Of a DNA stretch of 64,000 nt, positions 50,865-61,081 are shown in pieces. A program made the translations under genes and the position numbers. The stretch is from Podospora anserina (taxonomy: Eukaryota), in NCBI GenBank assembly GCA_017654855.1, contig CM030338.1:558001-622000 (forward strand), written 5' to 3'. The notes under the pieces are model-generated. The model had not been told where the DNA came from. It did not search any database and worked only from the letters and a program-made list of their open reading frames with translations. The stretch's first letter is position 1, and the number at the start of each line of letters is the position of its first letter.

Positions 50865-53800
50865 GTGTTTAAGGGATTGGTTAATGAAGGAGTACCTGTC
50901 CCTGAGTGGGTAACGGAGGAGCTGGAGGAAGGGGATGAAGTGATTGGGGGACTGAATGAAGGAGCTGGGCGTTCTTTGCTTAATTTTATTTTGGGGGAGT
51001 CAAGTTTGCCGTTATTAAATTATTGCCTAGCGTCTGATATTATTTCTTATAAAAACAAAGAAAAGGGGGATGTTAGGAGCAAGGGAGGAAAGAATATTAG
51101 TGATCAGAGGGAAGGAAAGAAGGGAGGTATAAGGGACTGCCAGAAAGAGAAGTCTTTGTTTCAGCCTGGAAGAGTGGAAATTACGACAAGAACTCTAACT
51201 TCGGACGAAATCTCAGGAAAGAACGACCGCCACCACCGACCTTCATAACAGGTCTGCATTTAGTACCGTCGCCACCACTGCCAAAGACATCGCCGCCGTC
51301 TGATCAGAGGACTAGCAGGATAACCCCATTTAAGCCCGATATGGCATCCTTATGCTTGGGGATATTTAACTGGTCCCTCACTCAACCAGGTCAGCGCAGC
51401 CTCTTCACTACACAACCACATAGACGTCATCCACCTCCGCCCCCTTCTGAGAAGAAAAACAACATGAAGACCAGCCTGATCACCACTTTTGAACAGGCCT
51501 GGCCAACGCCTGCGGATATTGTTACTACTGCTACGATGTACAAGAGGGTAGATAAGAAGGTGAAGCCGGTTGATAATGCTGGGTCAGATGGTAGCACTCC
51601 TGAAGGAGATCCGAACTGGAAAGTAAGGAGATGGGCGGCAGTCAAGGAATCCCTACAATACGGCTCAGAATTCGACGATATTGTGGTCCCTAAGTTTTCT
51701 GAAATGATCAGAGGGTCACGCCTCACTCCAGAACGCTTAGCCGATCTGATCAGACAAACCACCGACATTTTGACAGATCAGGAGGTTAAAGTGTTTACGG
51801 CAATCTTATTCGCAAGGGAGGCTGCACTGGCATGGGACTTCACCGAGTGTGGACAGATCCTTGAAGAAGTCTTCCCTGCTCAACACATCAGGACTATCCC
51901 TCACAAAGCGTGGCAAAGCAAGTCTATTCCGATCCCGAAGCCACTCGTGGGGAAAGTCATCGATCTCCTTAGGGAACGAATCAAGAGAAATATTATTGAG
52001 GAAGCGCATGGTCCCTACCGCAACAACTGGTTCCTAGTAAAGAAAAAGGATGGTGGCCTCCGTCTGATCAACGATGCCCAGAGATACAATAAGGTTACGC
52101 AACGAGATGCCTTTATCCCACCAAGCACTGAGGAGTTCAGCGAGGACTTTGCAGGGTGCCTTATTACCTCCTTGCTTGACTTCTTCTCCGGATACGACCA
52201 AGTCAAATTAGCCCTGACGAGCCGAGACCTCACTACCTTCGCGACACCTATCGGCCTATTCAGGATGTGTACCCTACCTCAAGGAGCTACCAACTCAGTG
52301 GCCCAGTTCCAAAGAGCCGTGACCAGAGTCTTTCAAGATCTCATCCCACAGGTGTGTCGGCCATACCTGGACGATATCGCAGTGAAAGGGCCAAGGTGGG
52401 ACTACAATGGTGAAGAAGAAAGGCCAGGAGTTAGGAAGTGGGTCCTGGAGCACTTGAAGAATATCGACGCAGTCTTGCTCAACTGTGAGCTTGCAGGAGC
52501 CACAATTGCAGCCGTGAAATCCCTTTGGTGCAGACGGGAAGCTGTTATCCTTGGCTATTCCTGTACACCGGACGGGCGCCTCCTGATCAGACAAAGATAG
52601 TGAAGATAAGGGAATGGCGAACTTGCCACAGTCTTAAGGATGTTCGCGCCTTCCTGGGGATCACCGGCTACTATCGGCTATGGGTACCTCTCTTCAATCT
52701 GATCGCAGTTCCGCTGTATTTCTTGATGAGGAAGGACACGAGATGGGAATGGACGGAAGCTCAACAGGGTGCGATGGAGTGGCTTGCCTTTCTGATCACA
52801 GAGGCACCGTGTCTGGCTTCTCTGACGTTTGATGACGACCGTTTCGGTAGAATCTTTGTTATTTTTGATGCAAGCTTGACGGGGTGGGGAGCGGTGATTG
52901 AACAAGTAGGACCTGATGGAAAACGGCACCCTTGTCGGTTTGAGAGTGGTATTTGGAGCCCGGCTGAACAGAGGTATGATGCCACCAAGAGGGAGTTGAG
53001 AGGACTGTTGTATACTTTGAGGAGATTTAGAAGGTATCTTTTCGGGGTACACTTTACGGTGGAAACGGACGCTCAAGTGGTAGTCCACCAAGTCCAGGGG
53101 GCGGCTAGTGACGTTCCCGGCGCCTTGATGATGAGATGGCTGGGATGGATTAGACTTTTCGACTTCACAATTGTTCACATCCCTGGGAGTAAGAACCTTG
53201 TGGCAGACGCACTATCGAGAAAGCCACCTGGCCCCTCTGATCTGAGGGAGAAGGAGTTAGAGCCAGACATTGATGATGAGGTTGACGCAAGGATCTGGAA
53301 GAACGATATCCAGGAAGTAAGTGTCTGGCGGGTGAATATCAGGAAGAAGAAAAAGGAAGTTATTGGGCAAGGCCCCTACTTGAATGGACTGTGGTCTCCT
53401 CACTCCCATGCTATCGCCGAGTTCCTCGCGACTGGTGCGGAGCCAAGGGCTAAGACGAGGTTTGACGTTCAGACCATCAAGAATGACGCCCTGAAAATGA
53501 TTCTCGAAGACGGAGTTTTGTTTCTTAAGCCAAACAAAGGAGGCTTTCCCCCCAGGAGAATTGTTGACCCTCTGATCGAGCGGGAAAGAGTCTTCAATGC
53601 GTGTCACAACGAGATGGGCCACAAAGGACGGGAAGCTACCTATGCCCGAGTAGTAGAAAACTACTACTGGAAGGGTATGTACGCTGACGTCGAGGCTTGG
53701 ATCAAGACATGTAGGCAATGTCAACAATGGAGCCCGAAGCGTTGGGAGGACTGGCACTTATATACTGAGCCTTTAGCTACCCCATTTGCGAAGTGGCATT

Positions 53801-55004
53801 TAGACGTTCAGTTCTTACCAACGGCTTCGGGAGAAAAAGCCTACCTTCTGGAAGCGAGGGATGACTTGACTGGGTATCCAGAAGCGAAGGTCTTGAGCTC
53901 AGGCAAGGCTTCTGGGGTTGAGAACTTTATCCTGCACGATATCATCCTCAGATGGGGTCACCCTCTGATCGTGGTGGTGGACGGCGGATCAGAATTTAGG
54001 AAGGAAGCTGCTGAGATTTTAGAGAGGCTAGGAGTTCTTCGGGTGGTGGTCTCACCTTACAACGCAAGAGCAAATGGAGTGACGGAGTCTGGTCACATCC
54101 CAATTGCATCGATGCTGGCAAAAATGACGGATGGGACGGGGAAGAAGTGGAAGCAGTGGCTCCCTTATGTGTTGTTTGCTGATAGGACCACGACACGAGG
54201 TATTCATGGGTACAGTGCTTTCTATCTGGCACATGGGTTTAACCCCATTACGCCGATCGAAAAGGACGTACCGTCATGGAGAGTCGTCCAGTGGGAAAAG
54301 ATTGGCTTCGACAGATCAGGGAGACACTGGAAGGAGAGAGCGACTATGGATTTAATAGAGGCAAGGGCGAGACTATTGAAATCCCAGGAGATGAATCTGA
54401 CTCTGGTGGCTGAGAGGGTTGGCATGGCAAGACAGAAAGCCGCGGCAAGAAAGAACAGAAAAGGGATTCGCAGCATTAGGCCTGAGAATAGCATGATCAG
54501 AAGGGGGGACTTGGTGTTGGTGTATAAAATGGATAGAAAGTTGGATATGAGTGTGGTAAGGAAGCTACAGTACCGCTGGGACGGCCCTTTCAGAGTGAGG
54601 AAGGTCGAACCAGGCAACACTTGCTACTTCCTGGAGACACTGGATGGGGTGCCATTGCGAGCTTCTTACACGCCAAACAGGGTAAAGAAGTTTTTAGGTT
54701 GGAAGACGTGTATGTAGATGAAGAGGATACGGACATGCAGCCAGGACTAGGGAGAGTTGAGCAGGTGCCTGGGAATGGAGTGAAGGAAGGCGTGGATATG
54801 GTGGAAGATGAGGATGAAGAAGAAGAGATAGTGGAAGAAACACCAGGGAGAATGATGACCAGGGGGAAGACTTGGATGGAACGGAAGAATGCTGAGGTGC
54901 AGAAGAGATTTGAGAAGGGCAAAAGTATAGAGGTGGTCCTGAAGAAGGGTAGACCAGAGGACTTCTTGGGTGATCAGGGGGAGACGATGACGAAGGCGTT
55001 GTAG
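50865..55004 (+). CDS. pol: Pol: reverse transcriptase, RNase H, integrase (frameshifts in homopolymers)
   Basis: YKRVDKKVKPV, LDFFSGYDQ, LPQGATNS, YLDD; FDASLTGWG, VADALSR; HNEMGH..CRQC, HLD..VDGGSEF..TE; WDGPF; gaps ~51110, ~52581, ~54693. Confidence 0.92.
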
Positions 55005-55225
55005 TTGTTGTTTTTCTTTAAGAGGGTACTGAAGCTTGTGTTGTGAGAACAGAGCTGTGGGAGCTGTCTGTTCTCAAAGGGAGGAAAGACACTAAGGGAG
55101 GTGATTGATTGGGGTGAAGATCATCGCATTGAATTTTTAATTTTTTCTTTTTCTTTTCCTGTCATTTCTTTTTCCGATTCACTCCTCTCTTTATGCCCCT
55201 TCCTCTGATCTGAGGAAGTGGAAGA

Positions 55226-56297
55226 CTATTCTTTTTCTTTCTTCTTCTCCTTCTTCTTATCCATCTGCTGTTTCCTAAGCTCTTTGTACTCAGCCCGCTG
55301 TTCTTCCCACTCCTGGTCCCAATCGACTTCCTCACCACCAGGAATCAAGCTCACGGCACCACGATCCAACTTCGATAACCCACCACTACCAAGATCCTTG
55401 AAGTAAGGGCTGTCCTCATCAACACTGGACCATGAGCAATGGATACCCTTATGCCAGCAGTTCCCGCATTTCCAATCGAGGTCCTCTCTTCCCACACAAC
55501 CGAAGTATGGCCACATCACCTTAGTTTTGGTCCCATCGGGGGGAACGTCACGAAAAGACCGGCGATAGCTCTGATCGCACTCATCACATGGATTGGCATG
55601 ACTGAATCCAACATGTTAGTGTCAGGCTAAGTCTGATCAGGGGGGCGGCACTTACAGTAACCCGGTGGCCTGGACAAATAAGCCTTTAGAGCGATGAGCC
55701 CGCTTGACGATTTCGAAGAGCCAGCGCCCGAAGAACCACCCATTGGACCGTTCGACGAAAATCCGCCTAACGGAACCGGTCGACAACGCCTTGGAGATGT
55801 AATCAGTGACAGTCTTGTCCGCACCAATGTCCTTGAAAAGTAGCTGCCACTCTTTCTTACCCCCTTCTTCGTCGGATCAGGGAGGAACCACTCAAGGTAG
55901 AGGGAGCAGCCACGTGTTTGGGATCTAGAGGGGAAATCTTGAGGTACCAAAGAGCAGCCTGATGGGGGAGAGAAATGTCGTGATAAGCATTAGCACCTTT
56001 GGGCATGGTGGAGTCGTGAACGCAAGTAGGACGCCGAACCCAGACGTGCCTCTTGTAAGCAACGCCTTGATTGTTGGGAGCACGGGTGAGGTCGGTGGGA
56101 CGATGAGTGAGGGTAGCAAGCAAAGGCTCTTGAGTAGGGTCTATGGCGACCTCGGACCAGTCGTACGCAGCAAGGTCAAGGACTCCCTCGACCTGACTGG
56201 GAAGTTTTTTGGCGAAAGAGGTCGTGGATACCTGGGTAGTAAGGTCGTCGACCGCCTGATCGGACGAAGCAGCAGGTTTCCTCAAAGAAGAGGCCAT
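55226..56297 (-). CDS. antisense accessory gene: Cys-rich DUF3716-like protein, one intron
   Basis: TATAAATA (minus) at 56367-56374; intron 55602-55655 GTAAGT..CTAAC..CAG; spliced GLFVQATGLLHANPCDEC..PYFGCV..CGNCWHKGIHCS; Lys-rich tail; needs three single-base homopolymer corrections. Confidence 0.68.
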
Positions 56298-56635
56298 TGG
56301 GAGGAAGCGGTTAATAAGTACTGAAAAAGATGAGGAGTGAGCGGGAATGAGGAGAACTGGCATGGGTATTTATAACCAGAGGATAGGACGGTGCGACTGG
56401 TCCTACAGACCTCTACAGGAGGAGACTCATCAGAGCGCTCTTTCCTCCTCAAACGGCTTACGCAACTATCTGATGATCTTGCCTTACAAGCCAGGCAGAC
56501 AACAGAGAACAAAGACTCACCGAAGACCTTCTTCCCTCTTTAACTCTCCATTCCAAAAAATTCCTCACTTCCTCTCGACAACCCTCTGATCACAGATCAC
56601 ACCACACACTACTCCCTCTCAATTCTCACAGAACG

Positions 56636-58114
56636 ATGTCATCAACGCTTTTTACAAAGTCCATTCACGACATGTCATGGGAAGAATTCACCGCCACCAA
56701 GAAATTCGGCCCTCCCAATGATCTCGTTAAAGAGATTATTCGGAAAGCGCGCCTTCAAGGTATCGACAGGGTCTATGGCTCTGGTCCCCCGCGCGGCATC
56801 TTCCTTCCCCAAGGCGATGACACTCTCTGGCCTGTTCGTTTTGGCCTTAACCTGGTTGCCGACCCAGGAGATCATGTTGTGGGAAGGCGGCCCGACTGGA
56901 TCAACACCACTTTCGTGGAGCAGTTTTCGATTGACACTATCAAATATCTTTTTCCTGGCTTGAGAATAACGACCCCCCCTGATCGGACTCACATCTACGG
57001 TATCCATGTAGCTTCCCTCACTTGCGCTATGTATGACCTTCAAGGTCAACTAGAGGCCAAGCAGTGGCTCACTAGCTCGGTCCTTACCTGCGCTCTTCGG
57101 TACTCTCTTCAGGGAATCCTCGAGCGTTGTATATGGATCCCTGGAGAGCCTCTGAACCCTGTTATGATGAAGTCGTCGATGCGCTTTTTCCTGCCTAACG
57201 ACAACCACAACGCCTTTGACCGACGATACTGGGTCCTCCCCATTCATGTCAACAACGGAAGCCACTGGGCAGTGGGCATCTACGACGTTGCTACTGGCAT
57301 TTTGGTTTATATGGACTCGTCGAAGGATTGGAAGGGGTATCAAGCTAATGCTATTTCTTGCCTGGTATCTTACATCCGTCACGCTTTCCACTGCAGCCTT
57401 GACGTGAAAGTGAGGAGGCCAGCTTGCGGTGAACAGGGCGGGGCGTGGGAATGTGGTCTTTGGGTCTTGGAGCACTGCCGTACCTACTTTCAGGGAGGTG
57501 TTTCGTACGGTGAAGAGGAGGATTTAACGGTAGTAAAGGCTTGGAGAGGAGATCGTTGCTACAGAGACTGCAAGACCGTGGGCGTTGCGGGGAAGAAGAT
57601 GATGAGGTTGTGGATGGCTTATGTGAAAAGGTCTTTGGGTTGTGAGCCTGATCAGAGGGTGCGTGATAAGAAATGGAGGAGGAGGGGCCTGGAGGACTTG
57701 ATGGACGCGGAAGGATTCAACCTGCCAAGCACCCTCTCGTCTCCTTTCAAGTCTCCACCAATTCCCCGGTTTGCTTCCCTCCCTGGTTCTCCGTTAGCTT
57801 TGGTTACTACTGTTGAGGGAGATGAGTGCGTCGTGGGTCTTCCCTCTGATCATGAAGGGTTTGGACCAAGTAGCGTGTCGAGCAACTCTCAACGACCAAG
57901 CAGGGTAGCAACCCCCTTTGGGTTCCGCACTCCTGTGACAATGGACTCGCCGCTCCTCTCTGGGCCTGTAATTGCCCGTCCCCTACTTATGACCACTCAG
58001 GATCGCCAACAACACACCTTTCGCCTGATCACACACCTGGTTTCATGGGATGGGAGTGGGCTCCTGGAGTTCCTCAGAGACGAAGGGAGGAGGTCGTTAG
58101 GTCACCAGTTGTGA
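56636..58114 (+). CDS. Ulp1/SENP-like cysteine protease (peptidase C48) inside the retrotransposon
   Basis: QWLTS; WVLPIHVNNGSHWAV (His); YMDS (Asp); EQGGAWECGLWV (Gln, Cys); intronless 492-aa ORF. Confidence 0.88.
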   Translation: MSSTLFTKSIHDMSWEEFTATKKFGPPNDLVKEIIRKARLQGIDRVYGSGPPRGIFLPQGDDTLWPVRFGLNLVADPGDHVVGRRPDWINTTFVEQFSIDTIKYLFPGLRITTPPDRTHIYGIHVASLTCAMYDLQGQLEAKQWLTSSVLTCALRYSLQGILERCIWIPGEPLNPVMMKSSMRFFLPNDNHNAFDRRYWVLPIHVNNGSHWAVGIYDVATGILVYMDSSKDWKGYQANAISCLVSYIRHAFHCSLDVKVRRPACGEQGGAWECGLWVLEHCRTYFQGGVSYGEEEDLTVVKAWRGDRCYRDCKTVGVAGKKMMRLWMAYVKRSLGCEPDQRVRDKKWRRRGLEDLMDAEGFNLPSTLSSPFKSPPIPRFASLPGSPLALVTTVEGDECVVGLPSDHEGFGPSSVSSNSQRPSRVATPFGFRTPVTMDSPLLSGPVIARPLLMTTQDRQQHTFRLITHLVSWDGSGLLEFLRDEGRRSLGHQL

Positions 58115-58329
58115 TGGCTCGACAGGGACGGAGGTATGCTCTGAGATCCGAGAAGTGAGGGTGCTCTTCTCTCTGATCAAGGGAGAATGGATAAAGGGAT
58201 AGCAGGATTACATCGTTTTCCCTTCTTTCTGCTGAACGATATTTTCTTTTTTTTTTGGTTTGTAAGGGATTTTTTTCTTGTGTACGCATTTGCCCACTGG
58301 TTTGTAGTGGTCAAATGCGAAGGGAGGTT

Positions 58330-58692
58330 TGGTTTGGGGTGCGGCCACAGGCCTGAGAGTATGAGTAAGGAAGCGGGGCTCTCAGAGGACTCAGGGGTTC
58401 AGGGGTCATGTATATAAGCGGTCTGCTTCGGACATTCTATTTTAGACAGGACATCGACTTTTATTCTTTTCTTCGTATTTTGTGCCTTGCACGCGTGCAG
58501 GCAATTCTGGCCCTCTGATCAGGCCAATCCGGTGCTTATTATGTGGCCTGCGAGCCCATAGTGTCTTTTCTTTGTCCTACGTGAAGTGCGGCCTGCGAGC
58601 GAGTCACTGTCACGCAGGTGTGTTCATTCTGAGACCTGTTGAGGGTATATTTGTGGTGTTGTGGTTGTTTTGTGTGTTTTCTCACCATTTCA
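58330..58692 (+). repeat. 3' LTR
   Basis: Direct repeat of 46833-47195. Confidence 0.95.
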
Positions 58693-58742
58693 CTATAAGC
58701 CTTTAAGGGTCCTTTATAAAGAATATTTTAAAGGGATCTAAG

Positions 58743-59230
58743 TATTATAACCTTAGTATAGGATAGTTATGGGGCTATAGGAATAAAGGGCTAATCGGGA
58801 GAACGTATAGGGAAGCTAATTATAGTGAAGGTAGAGTAATTAATATAATTAGGGCACTAAGCAAACTAAGTAGAGTAATTAATATAATTAAAGTACTAAG
58901 TAAACTAAGTAAAGGTAATTAGTGTAATTAAGGCACTAAGCAGATTAAGTAGAGGTAATTAGTGTGATTAGGGCACTGAGCAGACTAAGCCGAGGTAATC
59001 AGTGGCCTTAGGAGACTAATTACGGCTTGGTATAAGGACTATATATACGGAGAAACTAGCTAGTATAGATAAACAGTTCCGTAATATATAATTTAGCTTA
59101 TATTTACGGTATTTAGTGTTTATATTGAGATATTTTATTGTGCACTATTTAGCTGCACCGAACCAGGATTATTTAGAAGTTATTTTTAATTAGTATTCCT
59201 TTTAGAGGTTCTGGATAGGGGTTCGTCACA
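58743..59230 (+). mobile_element. RIP-mutated solo LTR (same variant as 40271-40654, more tandem units), TSD CTAAG
   Basis: C>T/G>A version of 40271-40654; CTAAG at 58738-58742 and 59231-59235. Confidence 0.88.
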
Positions 59231-59784
59231 CTAAGCCGGGAAGTTCCATTACTGCTTATAGCAGTACTGCCCACTATAATATTAATCTGTAGGGCAGTAA
59301 GTAAGGCACTTAGTAGTACCCACACATTAACAAAAATATAATACTTAATATTTATTAAGGGAGTTAAGATCGTTTTATTTAGTTAGTAAATTAGCCGCTA
59401 AAACTTTTATATTAGTATAGGTAGGAGCATAGTTAAGGCTTTCCTAACGAAAGATTTATTAAATAATAAAATCTTTTTAGCCGTAAGAAAGTCGCTATTG
59501 GTTTTTATAGGCAAGGTTCCTTAGTAGGGTACTATTAATATAGTGCTTTAGGGTAGAACGTAGAATCCCATATTTATTAAACGCTTTTCGCTGGCTTATA
59601 CTAGCGGTAATGTCTTTCTGGGTATTTTTAATATCCTCCTCGGTATATTTGGCTATTGTTGGGTACCTAGAGTAAAAAAAAGTAAAAGAAAAGCTTCATT
59701 TTTGGTCTCTGTGGGTGGAATATAAAGTGTGTGTTGATATTGGGAGGCTTTCGGAGGTCCAGGGTTGTGGAGGGTTTAATGTGG

Positions 59785-60203
59785 TGTCACAGACTAACCA
59801 TATAGCAAGGCAGAGTGGGGACTGCAGCAGGCCGTAGTGACCAGTCAAGTAACAGATAACAGCGGGGCTGCAGGATAGTGGGGCGCTCACCTCCTGGCAA
59901 AGGTAAGCCGGCCCGCCAGGAGCGCTGGGTGAGCGAGGTGAGCCAGGATGGATCACCAGGAGCGCTTGGTGATCGAGGTGATCCAGGTACGGAGGTACCT
60001 AGAGGATTAAGGTCTATATATACGGAGGAACTGGCCGGTGTAAATAGACAGTTCCGCAGTATGCAATTCAGCTTGTATTTACGGTATCTAGTGTTTACAT
60101 TAAAGATATCTTATTGTGCACTGTTTAGCTACACCGAACTAATTATTAGAAGTTACCTTCAACCAGTATCCCTTTCAGAGGTTCTGTACAGGGGTTCGTT
60201 ATA
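59785..60203 (+). mobile_element. solo LTR (crapaud-like, another 5' variant), TSD TGTGG
   Basis: TGTCACAG start, conserved TATATATACGGAGGAACTGG 3' half; TGTGG on both sides. Confidence 0.88.
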
Positions 60204-60280
60204 TGTGGGTAGATGGCTTGGGTAGTTTAAACTTACCTGGGCCATATCCATATGTGGTCCACTTCCTTGTTATCCAACCT

Positions 60281-60748
60281 ACCGGTTGAAAGCGAACTTC
60301 TAGATAATGGATCGGTGTAGCTAAACAGTGCACAACAAGATATCTCGATGTAAACACTCAGGATACCGTGAATACAAACTGTGATTACATACTACGGAAC
60401 TATCTACAAGCTATCTAGTTCCTCCATATATATAGACCTAATGCCAAGACCTGGATCATTCTGTTTCTTCGTGGATCGTGACTGACTCCCAAGGATCATT
60501 CATGATCTCCTTATGCCCTGGATGATCCACTCCCTATTGGTCTATTCTCCTCTCCTCTGATTGGTCACCGCGTCTCTACTTCCCAATTAGTTGTTCTTTT
60601 CGGGTGTCTACATCATATTCGTAACACATTGAGACATATTGTTGTGTACTACTTAGCTGCACCGATCTATTATCTAGAAGTTCGCCTTTAACCGGTATCC
60701 CTTTTAAAGGTTTTGGACAGGGGATCGTCACAACAAGGGATCGTCACA
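60281..60748. mobile_element. diverged LTR fragments in both orientations
   Basis: Minus-strand copy ~60281-60626 abutting a plus-strand 3' end ~60627-60732; GGGATCGTCACA duplicated. Confidence 0.7.
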
Positions 60749-61081
60749 TTTTGGCAAACTAGTAAGAACCTCTGAAAGAATCCTCAACTTCAGAGGTCTC
60801 CAAAACTACCTGAACAGAGATTGAGGATAAAAAACCGTTGAAAGAACCTCTGAAAGCTTAAAGCCACAACGGCTATAACGCCCACAGGTGCGAAGAAAAG
60901 AACCTTCTATCACCGCGCACTGGCCAACACGCTCAGCCATATTAGGTAAGATAAGATAGGATGCAGCATTCGATTACGCCGACACATAAAACAAAAACCC
61001 ATTATAACTACGCCACTTAGCTACGGTGGCCAGAGACTTTAGTGTGTATGGATGCTCGTCGCCAAGCACTCGCTGGTGAGC

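Larger units (their letters stand above)
46833..58692 (+). mobile_element. full-length Ty3/Gypsy LTR retrotransposon (Ylt1-like), 11.86 kb, with two accessory genes
   Basis: 363-bp LTRs TG..CA; 4-bp TSD CTAT (46829-46832, 58693-58696); PBS-like TGG at 47198; purine tract before the 3' LTR; order gag-PR-RT-RH-IN. Confidence 0.96.

Noticed and set aside
54621-55004. Chromodomain at the integrase C-terminus
   Set aside because: Tail is acidic/low complexity with no chromodomain aromatic pattern
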